A stretch of 64,000 bases of DNA, from contig NC_135250.1 in the NCBI RefSeq assembly GCF_964204865.1, forward strand, positions 7,750,001 through 7,814,000, in the 5' to 3' direction. The position numbers were made by a program, and so were the translations under genes. Shown piece after piece: positions 1-12,486 of the stretch. The notes below the pieces were generated by a model. That model was not told the DNA's origin, searched no databases, and saw only the letters and a program-made list of their open reading frames with translations. Numbering within the stretch: the first letter of the stretch is position 1; each line of letters begins with the position of its first letter. The stretch is from Styela clava (lineage: Eukaryota).

Positions 1-109
1 TAAAATCACTTTTTCAAAGCTACAGAACTCAGTACGACACAATTTCCATTGGCTTAAATTACGTATTGGGCACGACACTAATGAAAAATATAATAAACAA
101 ATCTATTAC

Positions 110-3100
110 GTGCATAAACTCCGGGCGTAGCTTTCATCAGTGCAGGTCACCGTACCTCCAACTACTCGACCTCTATTTCTGCATTGCTGCCCTGTGATGG
201 TTTAATAAAATATATAGATTTTCATATCAAACAATTTAGCATTATTAAAGAGGGTGGGTTATGTTAACTTATGTACGCCAACTTGTACCTTTCCAAAATG
301 CGAAACTTGGCTAAATGTCAAAGTGTGGGTATATCTATATCACAAAAGTGTTCACTTGGAACGATTCATAAAATATAGGAATGCTTTCTGTCGCAATCTG
401 ACCCTAAATTTCCTACCAGACCCACAGTAGCGACAGAAGTAAACAAGAGAGCAATCAACAGCAAATTTCTGCGTGAAATATCGGGTCGCTTCATGTCGAG
501 TAAATGATTGGATGAAAAAAATTGAAAATACAAATTTTAAACGAATAAAACGACATTCACAATCTTACTCTGGCAAGCAGCAAGTGGTGCACTCCATTCT
601 CCCGAGTCTAAACATATGCTAACTGGTGTGTTGATTATTGTCCTGAAAAGTTCACACTCGACCCTAATAAAAGAAAAGCGTATGACATGGAGTATATATT
701 AATGTTTACCGGTTTAACCTTTCAGTTTTCACCAACATTTACTTAACACACTTACGTGCATATGCTTTTTGCTAAATTTCCATTCGTGCATTTTACTGTA
801 CCACCTTCCACAGTTCCTCGAGGTTCACAAACTATTTCTGAAAACGGACAGTGAAAATGACAGTTACTGAATCATTAGCGACATAAAACCTGCCCTTTTC
901 ATTGAAAGATTTTTTTGTAGTTATGGCCTAATATTGAAAAGAAATCGATGATGTATTTTAATAGTAGCCTTCCAGAAAATGTTCCACGTAATAGATACAC
1001 TTAGCCTGACACAATTGTCCATTGAGCATTGCAGAATAACACTATACGAAACCTCAAAAAAAAAATTAAATGCTAAAATTGTCAGATTTATCCTCGAAAC
1101 GAACAAGATTACTTACGTTCACATTCCGGCAGTGGATTGCTCCATTCCGTAGAATCTAAGCAAGTGCTTGACGATTCACCAGATAATCTTCGTCCTTTAT
1201 TGCATCTCGCTCTGCAGGAAATCCGCCAAATAAATATATTCGTACAATAAGTCTCCATTCGATTTACAAAGCTTTCTCACTATACTTAACATCACCTTAC
1301 TTACCTACAATTACTAGCAACAAAATTTCTGTTCGTGCACGTAACGTATCCATGTTCAAGTGGTCCCCGAGGTCGGCATTCTAATTCTGTTGAACGAATA
1401 AAAGCATGTGTATACGTAACAATATATGGGGATAATTTTGATCCACTTGGTTTTTGCACTCATTGTGCCGCATGTAGGTCATGTACGTTTTCTATTTTTT
1501 AACGCGACTCATTGGTTTACGCCAGTGGTCTACAACACGCGGGCCGCATGCGGCCCGCCAGGCATTTTTTTGCGGCCCGCGTCATCGTTGGGATTTTTCC
1601 ACAAAAACTATAGTAGTACAACTAATGTCAACTATTAGTAAGTTTTATCGTGATATTTCTCATCAAGAATCCGGTCCGACTGTGAAAAGTGAAGCAAAAA
1701 TTTCCCGCCCATTATCCATTTTCATGTTTTATTCTATGGTTATAATTCAATTATAAATTCAATAATTTCATTTCGCATGTTCATTGTGACGTAATAAACG
1801 AGTTTCGGTCAGTCCATTGTGCCCGAGAAAGGTTTACAAAGCCAATCGCACATTCACGTCGTATACATGCGATGTTTGGCAGTTCTTATATTAGCGAGCA
1901 GTTTTTTTTCCAAGTATGAAAGTTAGCCCTCCGCACTGGACTAACGGACGAGCATTTGCATGTTGTCTTAAGACTAGCAACCCAACGCAAAATAAGGCCA
2001 AACATCGAAACCAAATATCCAGCACAAGTAAATAAATATGCTTCATGGTTCGTTTGCTGTAAGATTGAAGTGTAATTTCAACACAGTACATTCAGATACC
2101 CATTTTTGTATCTATGTTCTTGGTTTGCGGCCCGCGTGGTCAATAAATTCCAAAAAGTGGCCCGCGACATGTTTTGAGTTGAAGACACCTGGCTTAGTTT
2201 CGTATGCCATTTAAACGTCATACGTAATAACATATTATTGTGTTTCTAAAATATTAAATCATTTGAAAGTATCAAATACATTTAATTATTCCAATAAATT
2301 CTTCTTCTCTACTTCGAGAGGATATTAATATTGCGTTCTGAATGAATAAATAAATTTTGAATGAATTCCTCTTAATTGGAATGATGAGTAGTTCAATTTA
2401 ACCATTGCTGTTACACCTATATGTGATGAACTTTGTGATTATCAGCTATATGTTGTCTAAATTGCAATGTAATTTCACTGACACGACGATCTGCTTAGCT
2501 ATAATATCTTCTTGTTGGCAATGTTCGGCCACGTAGAATTTAACAAATGCTCTTACTACGGACAATTTTACATCCTTGTCTGGACAAGAATGGTATTGAG
2601 ACAAAGCGAAATAAACTCGATGCAGGTGAATGTATATCTACGAACAGTTGGGCAAACTTGAAACATTGATATGTTCGTTTAAAAATCGTGGCTCAACTAT
2701 GATTCGAACTAGCTTGAAATCTGAAGACCGTTGCATTGCTAGCTTTACGCTTGTTTTGGAAAATATGCTGACAAGGTTTGTGACATGACGTAATAAATTA
2801 CACTAATTAATCGTGAGTCTAGACGCAAGGGACGTTGACGTATTTTTGTTTATATTTTCACATGCAATTAACAAAGTCTATTATTTGCAGTAGAAATTTG
2901 CATTCTATCCCGAAATTCAAATTTGCAAAGGTTTCGATCATTTAAGCACTACATGACAATCACTTTTTGAATAATTATATAATTAGAAAAATATATTGAT
3001 CAACTTACTTCTACATGCTGGCAACGAAAAGTCCCATTCTCCTTCCGATGAGCATGTGCTTTGCGCTTCTCCGACCATGAAATGCCCAGAATTACATTCA

Positions 3101-6100
3101 GCTCTATAATTTAAAAAGGGATATTTGCAGGCTTGTCCATGGGACATATTTTCGGTCCCATTCCCATCCCATAGCAATTATGCTTGTCCCATCCCATGGG
3201 ATTCACATTGAAATGAAATTTGTTAAATTTAGGTTTAGCGTCCACTATTTAGGACTACATGCACGAAGAGACATGCAAAACAACAAAATTTACGGACTTT
3301 ATAAACTTTATATCCATAACTTCTATATACATGTGCTAGAGCTAAGATCTGAAGCCCGAGCCCGACTCGACATTTCGGGTCGGGTCGGGCCTGAAATGCC
3401 AATCATTACGTTCGGGTCGGGTCGGGCTTCTCTATCGCTGACTTTTTTTGAAATAAATACTTAAACTATGTGTGGATACTAAACAAAGGAATACCTGTTA
3501 TAAAGGAAATAATTCGAATAAAACAAAGAAGAAGCTGTAATGGACCTTTCCTCGACCTTTAACCCCCGAAAATATTCTTCCTATACTTTACCATGCTCGG
3601 GTCGGGTCGGGCCTGCAAATCCAGTTTATTAGGCGGGCTCGAGAATGGTCGGGTTCAATACCCACGGGCCCCCGTCGGGTCGGGCCTGCGAATCCAGTTA
3701 AATTAGTCGGGCTCGGGTCGGGTCTGGTTTAATACCCACGGGCCCGGGTCGGGTCGGGCTGGAATTTTTTGGGCCGATCTTACCTCTAACATGTGGCCAT
3801 CAGACCCTTCACGAAGTATATTGTTAATGCTGCATATATTTTGCTTTTTATAACCGACAAGAGAGCTCTGCTCAAATGTATGCCCACGAAGTCGATAACA
3901 AAATGTTTTACCATCATTTTCCCGAGAATCATACGGTTTTCCTGTCCCATGGGATTTACAATTGTGTGCTATCCCATCCCATGGGAATACCATGGACAAC
4001 CCTGGATATTTGTAAAATTTATCTATATCTAATGAAGTCGCTATAGCTTTTCGTTATTTAACTGTTTCGGCCTCCAATTTTAAGTCGTAAAATGGCTCAT
4101 AATGATTAGATTGGAATATAAATCTATTCATTCATTAATGATTCGGTCTTTATTATGAGTTTGTTTGCTAAACCATGGCCATTTGAAGTTGAGCCATGCT
4201 GCTGTTTATCAGTATTATTTCAATTTCCTACTTGTAGCTTTTATATCACGATTTATAAAATGTACCTTTTAAAAGAAAGTTCATCTCTTAGTTCTCTCAT
4301 CACATTACATTGACAATAATGAATAAATAAATAGTTGATTCAAATATCAATACTGTACATATATATATATATATATTCATATATATAAATACACAGCAGA
4401 TAAATCAGTAATCACCTGCATATACTTTTAGTGAAAGATCCCATTGAACATCCTACTTTCCCAAACATAATGAAGCCTCTTGGCGGACACATTATTCCTA
4501 AAAAAATAGAACATCCATCAAGATTCAGGTTCAATTCATATAAATATACATGAGTTGCTTCTGTAACGATGTATCGAAAACGTTTAACAAATAAAAACCT
4601 CTGCATGGCTGTCTTTGCATTTGTTTTGCAGGTTGTTCACGTATGATCGAATAGGACTTTCCGATGTTCAGAACAGATAATTCAAAACAATATTAATCAC
4701 ATCCGATTTCGATTAGCTATTTACTTTTTCAATTACTGCATATGCAAATCAATTTGTCGTAAACACAAAAGAATAAAAAAATTTGGCATGTACGATCAAT
4801 AATAGATTTATCATTCATAAGATGAAAACGAACAAAAAGTGGGAATTATCATAAATCAATCTACTAAAATCTTGTCACGATTCAATAATAGTGCATGCCA
4901 ATGTTATCGGAAGTAAGTTTCTTGAGTATTAATCATAACAATCCTATTTAACTTTTATTACGTAAGATTGCTCAAATCGAAGCAAAGTCACGAACATCAG
5001 AAACATTGACGATAGCAAAGTGGCGAGTGTCCAATAACACACTTACTGCTACGTATTGAAGTCATGGCTCAGGAACATTATTTGAACTGAGTTCAGTTCA
5101 AACCCTCACTTGCTTATGATGTAAATGTATATAGTATACCGTGAATTGCAAATACCTAAATTATTTTACAATTTGAACTATTATAATGAGTTTACTTAGA
5201 CACATTGGCAAAGGACTACTCCATTTTCCATCGATTTGACAAATTGATGTAGAGTCTCCTCGCATTCGATAATCCCTGTTACACTTATACCTGATTTAAA
5301 TGAAAAATATAAAATTATCAAACCAATAATGATTAAATATGTAACTAAACGGCTTATTGAAATTTGTCCATGGGCATGAAACAAATTAAATATTTCAATA
5401 TATAAAAATGCAATCACATCAAACATCAACAACAGGCTGATGAGCGTCGATATGCTTGAAATTAATCCCTCCCACGGTCAAGTCAAGCTTATAAATCTAT
5501 CAAGTAATGATATTAATACTAACCGACAAATACTGTTTGCTGTTGTTCCTTTATTGCATGTTGTTGACCCGTGCAAGACTCTAGGTCTTTTTGGACAACT
5601 GATTTCTTAAAATAAATAAAAAGTTCGTGATAATATTTAGAAAAAATATATTTTGATTTTCAAAACCGCAATAGGTATAGTTTTTATATTTGTGCCAAGC
5701 TTTGTATTACCAAGAATGGTTATTGTAAAGTGGTGTTTAAATATATTCAATGAAAATATTGAAAATAAAATATAATTTTTTCTCAACAATTTAATTTTTG
5801 GTCCAGACAGCTACTCAATCAGGTATCCCAAAACAACTGTACATCTGATTGTTAATCGGAAAATCAATTGAAGTGACTGGCCGCTATGAAAACGAGGCAA
5901 TTCCATTTATACCAACCTTCACACACTGGCATCTTATGGCTCCACTTTCCATTTTCCTGGCAATGGCGTTCATTTAAACCTTTCATCGTTCTGTCCGGGT
6001 CGCATGTGAACCTAATAGAAGGCAAACGTTACAAATGTGGGACAGTAGTTGACTGATTGGCGCTAAATGTATTAATAGATATTGATAACGACCAATTATG

Positions 6101-9100
6101 AAGCTATTCCAATAAATTTTATAGCTTTTCGACTCAATTGTATAATAATTAATTGACCTGCATCTACTTTGTACTCTTCTCCCGTCACTGCATTCAGCAT
6201 TCCCGCCGATCAGTTTGTCAGAAATTGGACAAAGAATTGCTATAATATGTATGTATTGCTTATAATAATACATGCATTGAAAGAACATTAAATTTGTAGA
6301 TTCCATTTTCAATTCTGTTCAAAATAGTAGCATCAAGAAAAAGAGATTCTGAGCTATTTATGATATAAATAGCACAAAGTCCAGCAAATTCCAAAAATGA
6401 AATATTTGGCATGTGGAGGCATTTAATATGAGCGAAAGAGATTCCATATTGTTAGTGATAATATGAAATAAAACTTTTCACTTACGAACACAAAATGGTG
6501 GCCGCAAAGTCCACAATCCATACATTGTACATGTACTTTGTCTAAAACCTCGTAAAATATATCCTGGTCTACACTGTGCTCTGAATAAAATTGTATATGA
6601 AAGTGAGTACTTTTTGTTTATTTTATTTATATTAAGTGGGTACAAAATTTCCAATCGACATGTAAAAGGTCTTACATTACACAAATGTTATTGTGGCAGA
6701 ATTCAAGCAAACTTGGGTAATATATAAAAAATGATTTCATACGAACACGAATTTTGTTTGGAGTTCAGAATATTATTCGTACAAAAATACGCTACGATGG
6801 TTCACATACACTCACCGGCATTTGCTACCTGCAAAGTTTCCCTTTGTGCATGAATACCATCCGTTTCTTATATTAATTCGTTGACGGCATATAACATCTT
6901 AAATAAAAATTAAGTAGCCTATTCAAAATTTGTATTTTCAAACTGGCGTTTTTTATATTAAATTTCTGTGGCATATCTGGAAGTATTTAATAGTAATAAT
7001 GTTTTGCATCACAAACTGTTTTTATACTTTTTGTAAAAATTGACATATAGCGCCAATATGCTCCATTTGGGATCTGCTACTGTCTTTTCTTAGATTATTA
7101 GAAATAATATAAATGACCTATTTTTCTAGTTTCGTGAAAGTCAGACATTTATCCAACTTAAAGGGGGTAGTTGAAGAAGAATAGTTGAGAACCACATAGC
7201 ATACCAATACATGAATTTTTGAAGAAATTTACTTACCCCCGCAGCGCGCAAACGGATGACTCCAGTATCCATTCGACTTGCAATAATTTGTTTTCGTTCC
7301 GACCAATCTAGTGCCAGAGTTACATGTTGTGCTATAGCAAAAGTATAGGATAGATGTGATTACTTTGAATAATATTATAATTTCAATTTGCTTTAGCCAT
7401 AGCATACCTACATTGGCTGCCCGGTAGTCTCCCGTTTGAGCAAGAAATCATCCCTCGGTGAACGTAGTTTGGCGGATTAGGGCACATCACTTGTCCTAAA
7501 GTGAATGTTAAAAAGTAAGAAATTGTCTTTAATCAAAGTTTTGACGAAATGTGGAATGATTACAAAGTGTACTATCGTGTCCCACACTTGTCCTACTTAA
7601 CCCGCTTGTTCTGCCAAAGTATTACATCTATCCTAACTAAGAGCATAATTCACATATGCATACTTTAACCATTTGCTTCACAATAAATGTCTAACCCCAT
7701 TTCAGGACAATGGGACAAGCGCTAATGAGGGGACAAGTAGAACGTGATATTGTTGAGATACTGTGATAGCAGATTCACAACCAATGCCGCGCTACGAGCA
7801 ACATAAAAGTTCATGCTTACAAAAGGAACAATTCAGGCCAATATTATCAGAAAATATTTAATCGATCAATTATGAAATCAAATTTGACGTAATGCATTTT
7901 CATTTCTATTACAGTGAGAATACACAGAAGTCACTGTTGTATTGGCGGAAAGCCATGCAATGGTGATAACAACTGATTTAGGTCACAAAAAAAGAACATA
8001 GAAAAATAGCAAATATCCAATATTACCAAAACATTGCTCTCTGGCAATATTACACATGCTTGTAAAGCAGCAGCAACGACACACGGAGTTTCTTTCATAT
8101 GGATTGCATTGTGTGGGTTTCCAAGCGTCTCTTAGATTCTGTCAGTAATATATGTTGGATTAAATCACTACTATTAGGCAAACATGCTGTGACATTCGCT
8201 GAAAATCAATACATTGAGAGTAGCAGTCGACATACCTGAACGTGATTATTCTCACACGCCCTTGATTCCTTGCATTGCTTGAAAATTAATAATCCACCAC
8301 CCCATCCTCCATGATTACGAAGTTCGATTTCACAAGCGTCCTATCAACACAAAAAACTTAGTATGTATATATAATATAAATTGCAAACAGAAGAGTTACC
8401 CAAAGACCTCCAATGACAAAGAATCATCACTGAAGGTCTGTCGATAACCCTTCGTTCGGGCTATTTTTTTTTTATTATCAGTGATTACCGAAAACAATTT
8501 AACTTTTTAAAAATAGTGCAAATATATTTTGTACCTGTCGATATCCACATGTTCTAATTCTCCCAGTTGCACGACATTCTTGATCGGAACGAACACCAGA
8601 GCATTCCAAGCAAGTGATACCTAAATCGAAAGTAAGGCATGTTTGTAGAGACATAAATTTGTGAACAAAAATTGTTTTCATCTGGTTTGTATACGTTTTA
8701 AAACTGCAAAAGTACCCATGTTGGGCAATAGGATCAGTTAAGATCCAATCTCTCGTTTTGTATTTTCATTCTCTCGCTTTGAAGACGGACGTGTCTTTAT
8801 TAACAAGCAGTTACCTTCATCTGCAGAGCTAACTTTGTCTAATCCATGACCCATATCCCCAATTAGGGAGAATAGTGTGCGAGAACAGAAAATAGTGAAA
8901 CGGGAGTTGGATACCGAATTGTTTTGGCCCCAGTAATTCACTCAAGTCGACCTTATATTTCGCTTGACTTACATTTTACTCCCATCCAGTATTTACCAAT
9001 TCCGATTTGTTATCAAGATATAAAGAAAAATGTTTTAACAGAAATTAAGATTTTTACAAATATTTCCAGGAAACAAACGCTTAATTTGTGACAGAGAAGC

Positions 9101-12100
9101 ATCTGCAGTCCGCACTAAAAAAAAATTTTCGAATTCCCCTTTTATCACCTAATTTGCTGGACTTTCCTGTTGTCGAAGTGATCTCAATTTGAATAAAATA
9201 AAACATTCGATACAATTTAAGCTTAAACTGTGGCTTGCTGGCATGAGAGGCAAGTATTTGATATGAGATAGGAACTAAGATATTTCAGCACCAGCACGAA
9301 TACCACGTTATAATGCGGTTTACGCCCATGAAATTATGAAATGTTAGACTACTGGCTACGCGTATTTATTCCACAGCGAATAATACGAAAATGAATTCAA
9401 AGTTCGAGTTATACTGATTGTGAGATTATATCAAATTTATTCCCTTCGCAAAGCCAGAATTGTTTGACAAGTTAAGTCAGTCGAATATAATACGATTCAT
9501 CTGTGTCGTTAGGGTTCGCGGGTGATTGGTATTAAATGAATTCACTTTTTTTTTTACTATTCTTCGTTGCAGATGATAGATTAATGTCATCTAAAATGCA
9601 TTGAATGACGTCGAAACAATTTTAAATGATGACAACCTTATTTAAATATCATGATTAGGTATGCTAATACAAACGGTGTTGAATATAACGTACGAATTCA
9701 AAAAGGTACAATGACGTGGATCATATAACCCATATATACTATCGATCTGTTTATTGGCGCTTCAAAACCGGTTGAAATTTCAACCTTTATCTTCAGACGC
9801 ATCACTTGTTAATACACTCGTCATGTATATGTAAATCAAACACTCTTCTGATTGTCGAATTTAATATGATAGAAATTACCAACACGTCATGCACTCAGCT
9901 ATCGCACGTTTTTATCTATCTTATAGAATGATATGTTATTTGATGAATGTGTAAGATTTCTCAAAAATTCACCAACAAACAAACCCATGTACCGTTGAAC
10001 TTTCAATACTTGAGTAATTAGTAGATTACAGATTGAAACCGCCATCCCTTTTATATCTTATAATTTATTCTCATTTCCACTAGTTGCAAATTGCATATAG
10101 GAAAATTCATGTTAATTATAACACTAATTTTTAAAATGATTCGGACAAAACAATCGAAAGTTATCAATCACGTTCTAACTGCAAATAATTTACCTTTCAA
10201 GTGGTTGTCAAGAGTGGCAACAATTAAACAGAACCGGTAAACAATAATTTTCTATTTACATTTTCTATTTGTTTCTGGATATAAGCATTTTTGTTAGCCA
10301 TTAATTATAGGAATCTGCCGAATTTTAAACGTGACTTAGCACTTTTTCAACGACGAAAAGACTCTTGAAACAAAAACGGATCACGATTTGTTTCACGTGA
10401 AAACGCCATTTAATTTAAAGTATCTGTTATTACTGATACATTATCGCCAGTGGGACTATTATGAAGTGCTTCTGTAATAGCCGTTCCGAAGAACGCTGGA
10501 CAAAGGCTTGCTCTCTCAGTCTCGAGGAGGTCAGAAAAACCCGGCTCGTTTGGATTTTATACTACTTTCCACTATTTTGCTATCGTCTGTGGTCGATGTG
10601 GCGGATGTGGGTTTATCATCAGTCTTCCCCATTAGAATTTAAACCCGGGTCTTTATCGTCCAGAATTAATTATAAAACACGAACCGCGGATACTGTTCCC
10701 TTCACATATGACCAATATCTCGGCTCAAATATAAATATTTGAAAAAACTCAAACCCAAGTTACAGATTACCCGAAATAGATGACAACCAACTTGAATTTT
10801 CTCAAAACTATTAAATAAAAATCGCTGATGTAAAATATTTGTTAAAAATAATCGTTAGCTAGTTTCAAGCATGGTTGCGATTTCGAATTCCAGAACCTAC
10901 TTTACTCCTAAACTTTCGTAAATTCAATGTTTCGTCTTATTTAATTCTTTTCCAAGAAAGTTTAAGTAAATTTACTTCTGAAAGACAAAAGCCGTGCCTG
11001 TCGGAACGAAAGTTTCAAAATTTTATAAATTCGAAATATTTGATTATGATGGGAGGATCCGATTTACATTTCCGAATACTATTAGTTATTTTATTCAACA
11101 GTTAATCCCGCTTAGCACTACAAAGCTAGTGTAAATAAATAATAACACCGGTTTTGCGCTGAGCCGGGGATTAGACATGCTTCTAGGTTTTTGTATGATA
11201 GAATTTATTAAATTTATAGAAGAAACGGGTTTGTCACCGAATTTAGAAAAAAACATGTATTTGAGATTGAAAAATGCCCCGCGGAAAATGATGCAATCGT
11301 GCTATATTTGAACTTGTATCATACTCGCTTGGAGTGTAATTCTTGTGTTATGCGAAAGAAAGCATATAGTTCATATAGCACGTTTAACTGTGGATCATGG
11401 TCATCGAAATGATTTTCCTAGGAAAATTTCCATGCCATTAAAACTATTGTCCATTGATCCGGAAAAAACAAGCCATTCCCAAGTTTGATACGGCTCGCAA
11501 TTAAGCTTTTTAACAGTAATCAATCACAATGGCGATTTAACGAATAAAAATGAACTCAACTGATAGTGTCTGGTATCTAATGAATATTTTTCAAAAATAA
11601 ACAAAACATGACACAGCGGGTTACTTTGAGTTCAAGTTTTGGATTCAAAATAATTGATTGATTTGTTGCCCGCAAAAATTGTTTTTCGCCAATGGAACGC
11701 AGACTGTTGAGTTTTCATTATTTAGTGATATATTCTTGATGCAAAATCACGAAAACAGAGTGCACTGGCTGCCTTTGTGTATGGAGTTTCATTGATATAA
11801 TAATTGAATTCGTATGGTAAAGTTTCTATACAAAATGTTTAACAAGTTGGCAAACATATTACGAAAGGACGCGGGATTTGTTATAAGGTGTTTTCCATAA
11901 ATATTGAAGACTTTTATATTTTATTATAATAAATAATGAGGACTTTCATATTTCAATATTATAAATAATGAGGACTTTCAAATTTTACTAATTATCAATA
12001 AATCAATATTTTTTTTATATTCGCATAGTCCGATTCCAAATATAAATTGTTATTAATTTTCTCCAATTTTTTAATTCATACGTTATACATATACTTCGGC

Positions 12101-12486
12101 AAACCACCACATTCTTGGTGACGTACATGTCACCAATTGATACTTCCATATATCGGCGTGAACCTGATGATTTCAAATAAACTGATAATGAGATTAATTT
12201 AGGTTGAAAAATGCAAGATTTTCATACTAAATAGTAAAAAGTTTTATCAGATTGAACCCCAAGCGAATCGCATTTAATGCTATACCTGCCTATTTCCATA
12301 ATAAACCAATTCTATGATACAAAACAAAAATTTTATAGCATGTTTTTCATAACCTAGTATATCGTGTACGATAATATAATATATACAACTTAAAGATTAT
12401 AATTCAAAGCTATTACCTGAGGTTGTTTGTATGGTGAACATCAAAAGAAATCCACTTAGAAGCAACACACGACATACGATCATCAT
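110..12486 (-). CDS. Secreted Ly6/uPAR-like + multi-sushi (CCP/SCR) domain protein, 3'-partial (continues left of the window)
   Basis: Phase-consistent GT-AG exon chain. 12486-12417 is a signal peptide (MMIVCRVLLLSGFLLMFTIQTTSG). 8620-8535, 8340-8236 and 8138-8027 give ITCLECSG...DACEIE...KQCKESRACENN...PTQCNP...VCRCCCFTSMCN. CCP half-exon pairs follow: 7495-7408/7331-7237, 6897-6816/6580-6486, 6239-6158/6011-5917, 5605-5524/5290-5196, 4497-4416/3103-3009, 1386-1305/1211-1117, 837-756/663-569, then 191-110. Each pair has the four CCP Cys and the conserved W before the last Cys; no in-frame stops. Confidence 0.9.
1523..2191. mobile_element. Non-autonomous hAT (Charlie/Buster-like) element in an intron
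   Basis: Imperfect TIRs CAGTGGTCTACAAC ... GTTGAAGACACCTG and clustered GCGGCCCGC/GGCCCGC subterminal motifs at both ends. The flanking 8-mers gtttacgc / gcttagtt both have TA at positions 4-5 but have diverged. Confidence 0.7.
3128..4004. mobile_element. hAT-type MITE (CCCAT-repeat family), host of a nested insertion
   Basis: TIRs CAGGCTTGTCCATGG ... CCATGGACAACCCTG (14/15 match), a perfect 8-bp TSD GATATTTG (3120-3127 and 4005-4012), and subterminal TCCCATCCCATGGGA repeats. Confidence 0.88.
3337..3788. mobile_element. Nested hAT-type MITE (CGGGT-repeat family)
   Basis: TIRs TAGAGCTAAGATC ... GATCTTACCTCTA (12/13 match), 8-bp TSD ACATGTGC/ACATGTGG, and many CGGGT/CGGGC pentamer repeats internally. 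Confidence 0.85.
7586..7738. repeat. Small degenerate inverted-repeat (MITE-like) element
   Basis: The left end cttgtcctacttaacccgcttgttc pairs imperfectly with the right end ggacaagcgctaatgaggggacaag; the element is intronic. Confidence 0.4.
11902..11990. repeat. Short local tandem duplication (~32-bp unit)
   Basis: ataaataatgaggactttca occurs twice 32 bp apart, preceded by a degenerate third copy (tattgaagacttttata). Confidence 0.6.

Noticed and set aside
3355-3770. CGGGT repeats as a CRISPR or satellite
   Set aside because: Eukaryotic context, no spacer structure, and bounded by TIRs and a TSD, so these are transposon subterminal repeats.
10194-10742. Donor-like site at ~10193 and 93-aa ORF at 10461 in the first coding intron of the CCP gene
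   Set aside because: The phase does not fit the signal-peptide exon and the translations have no recognisable motif.
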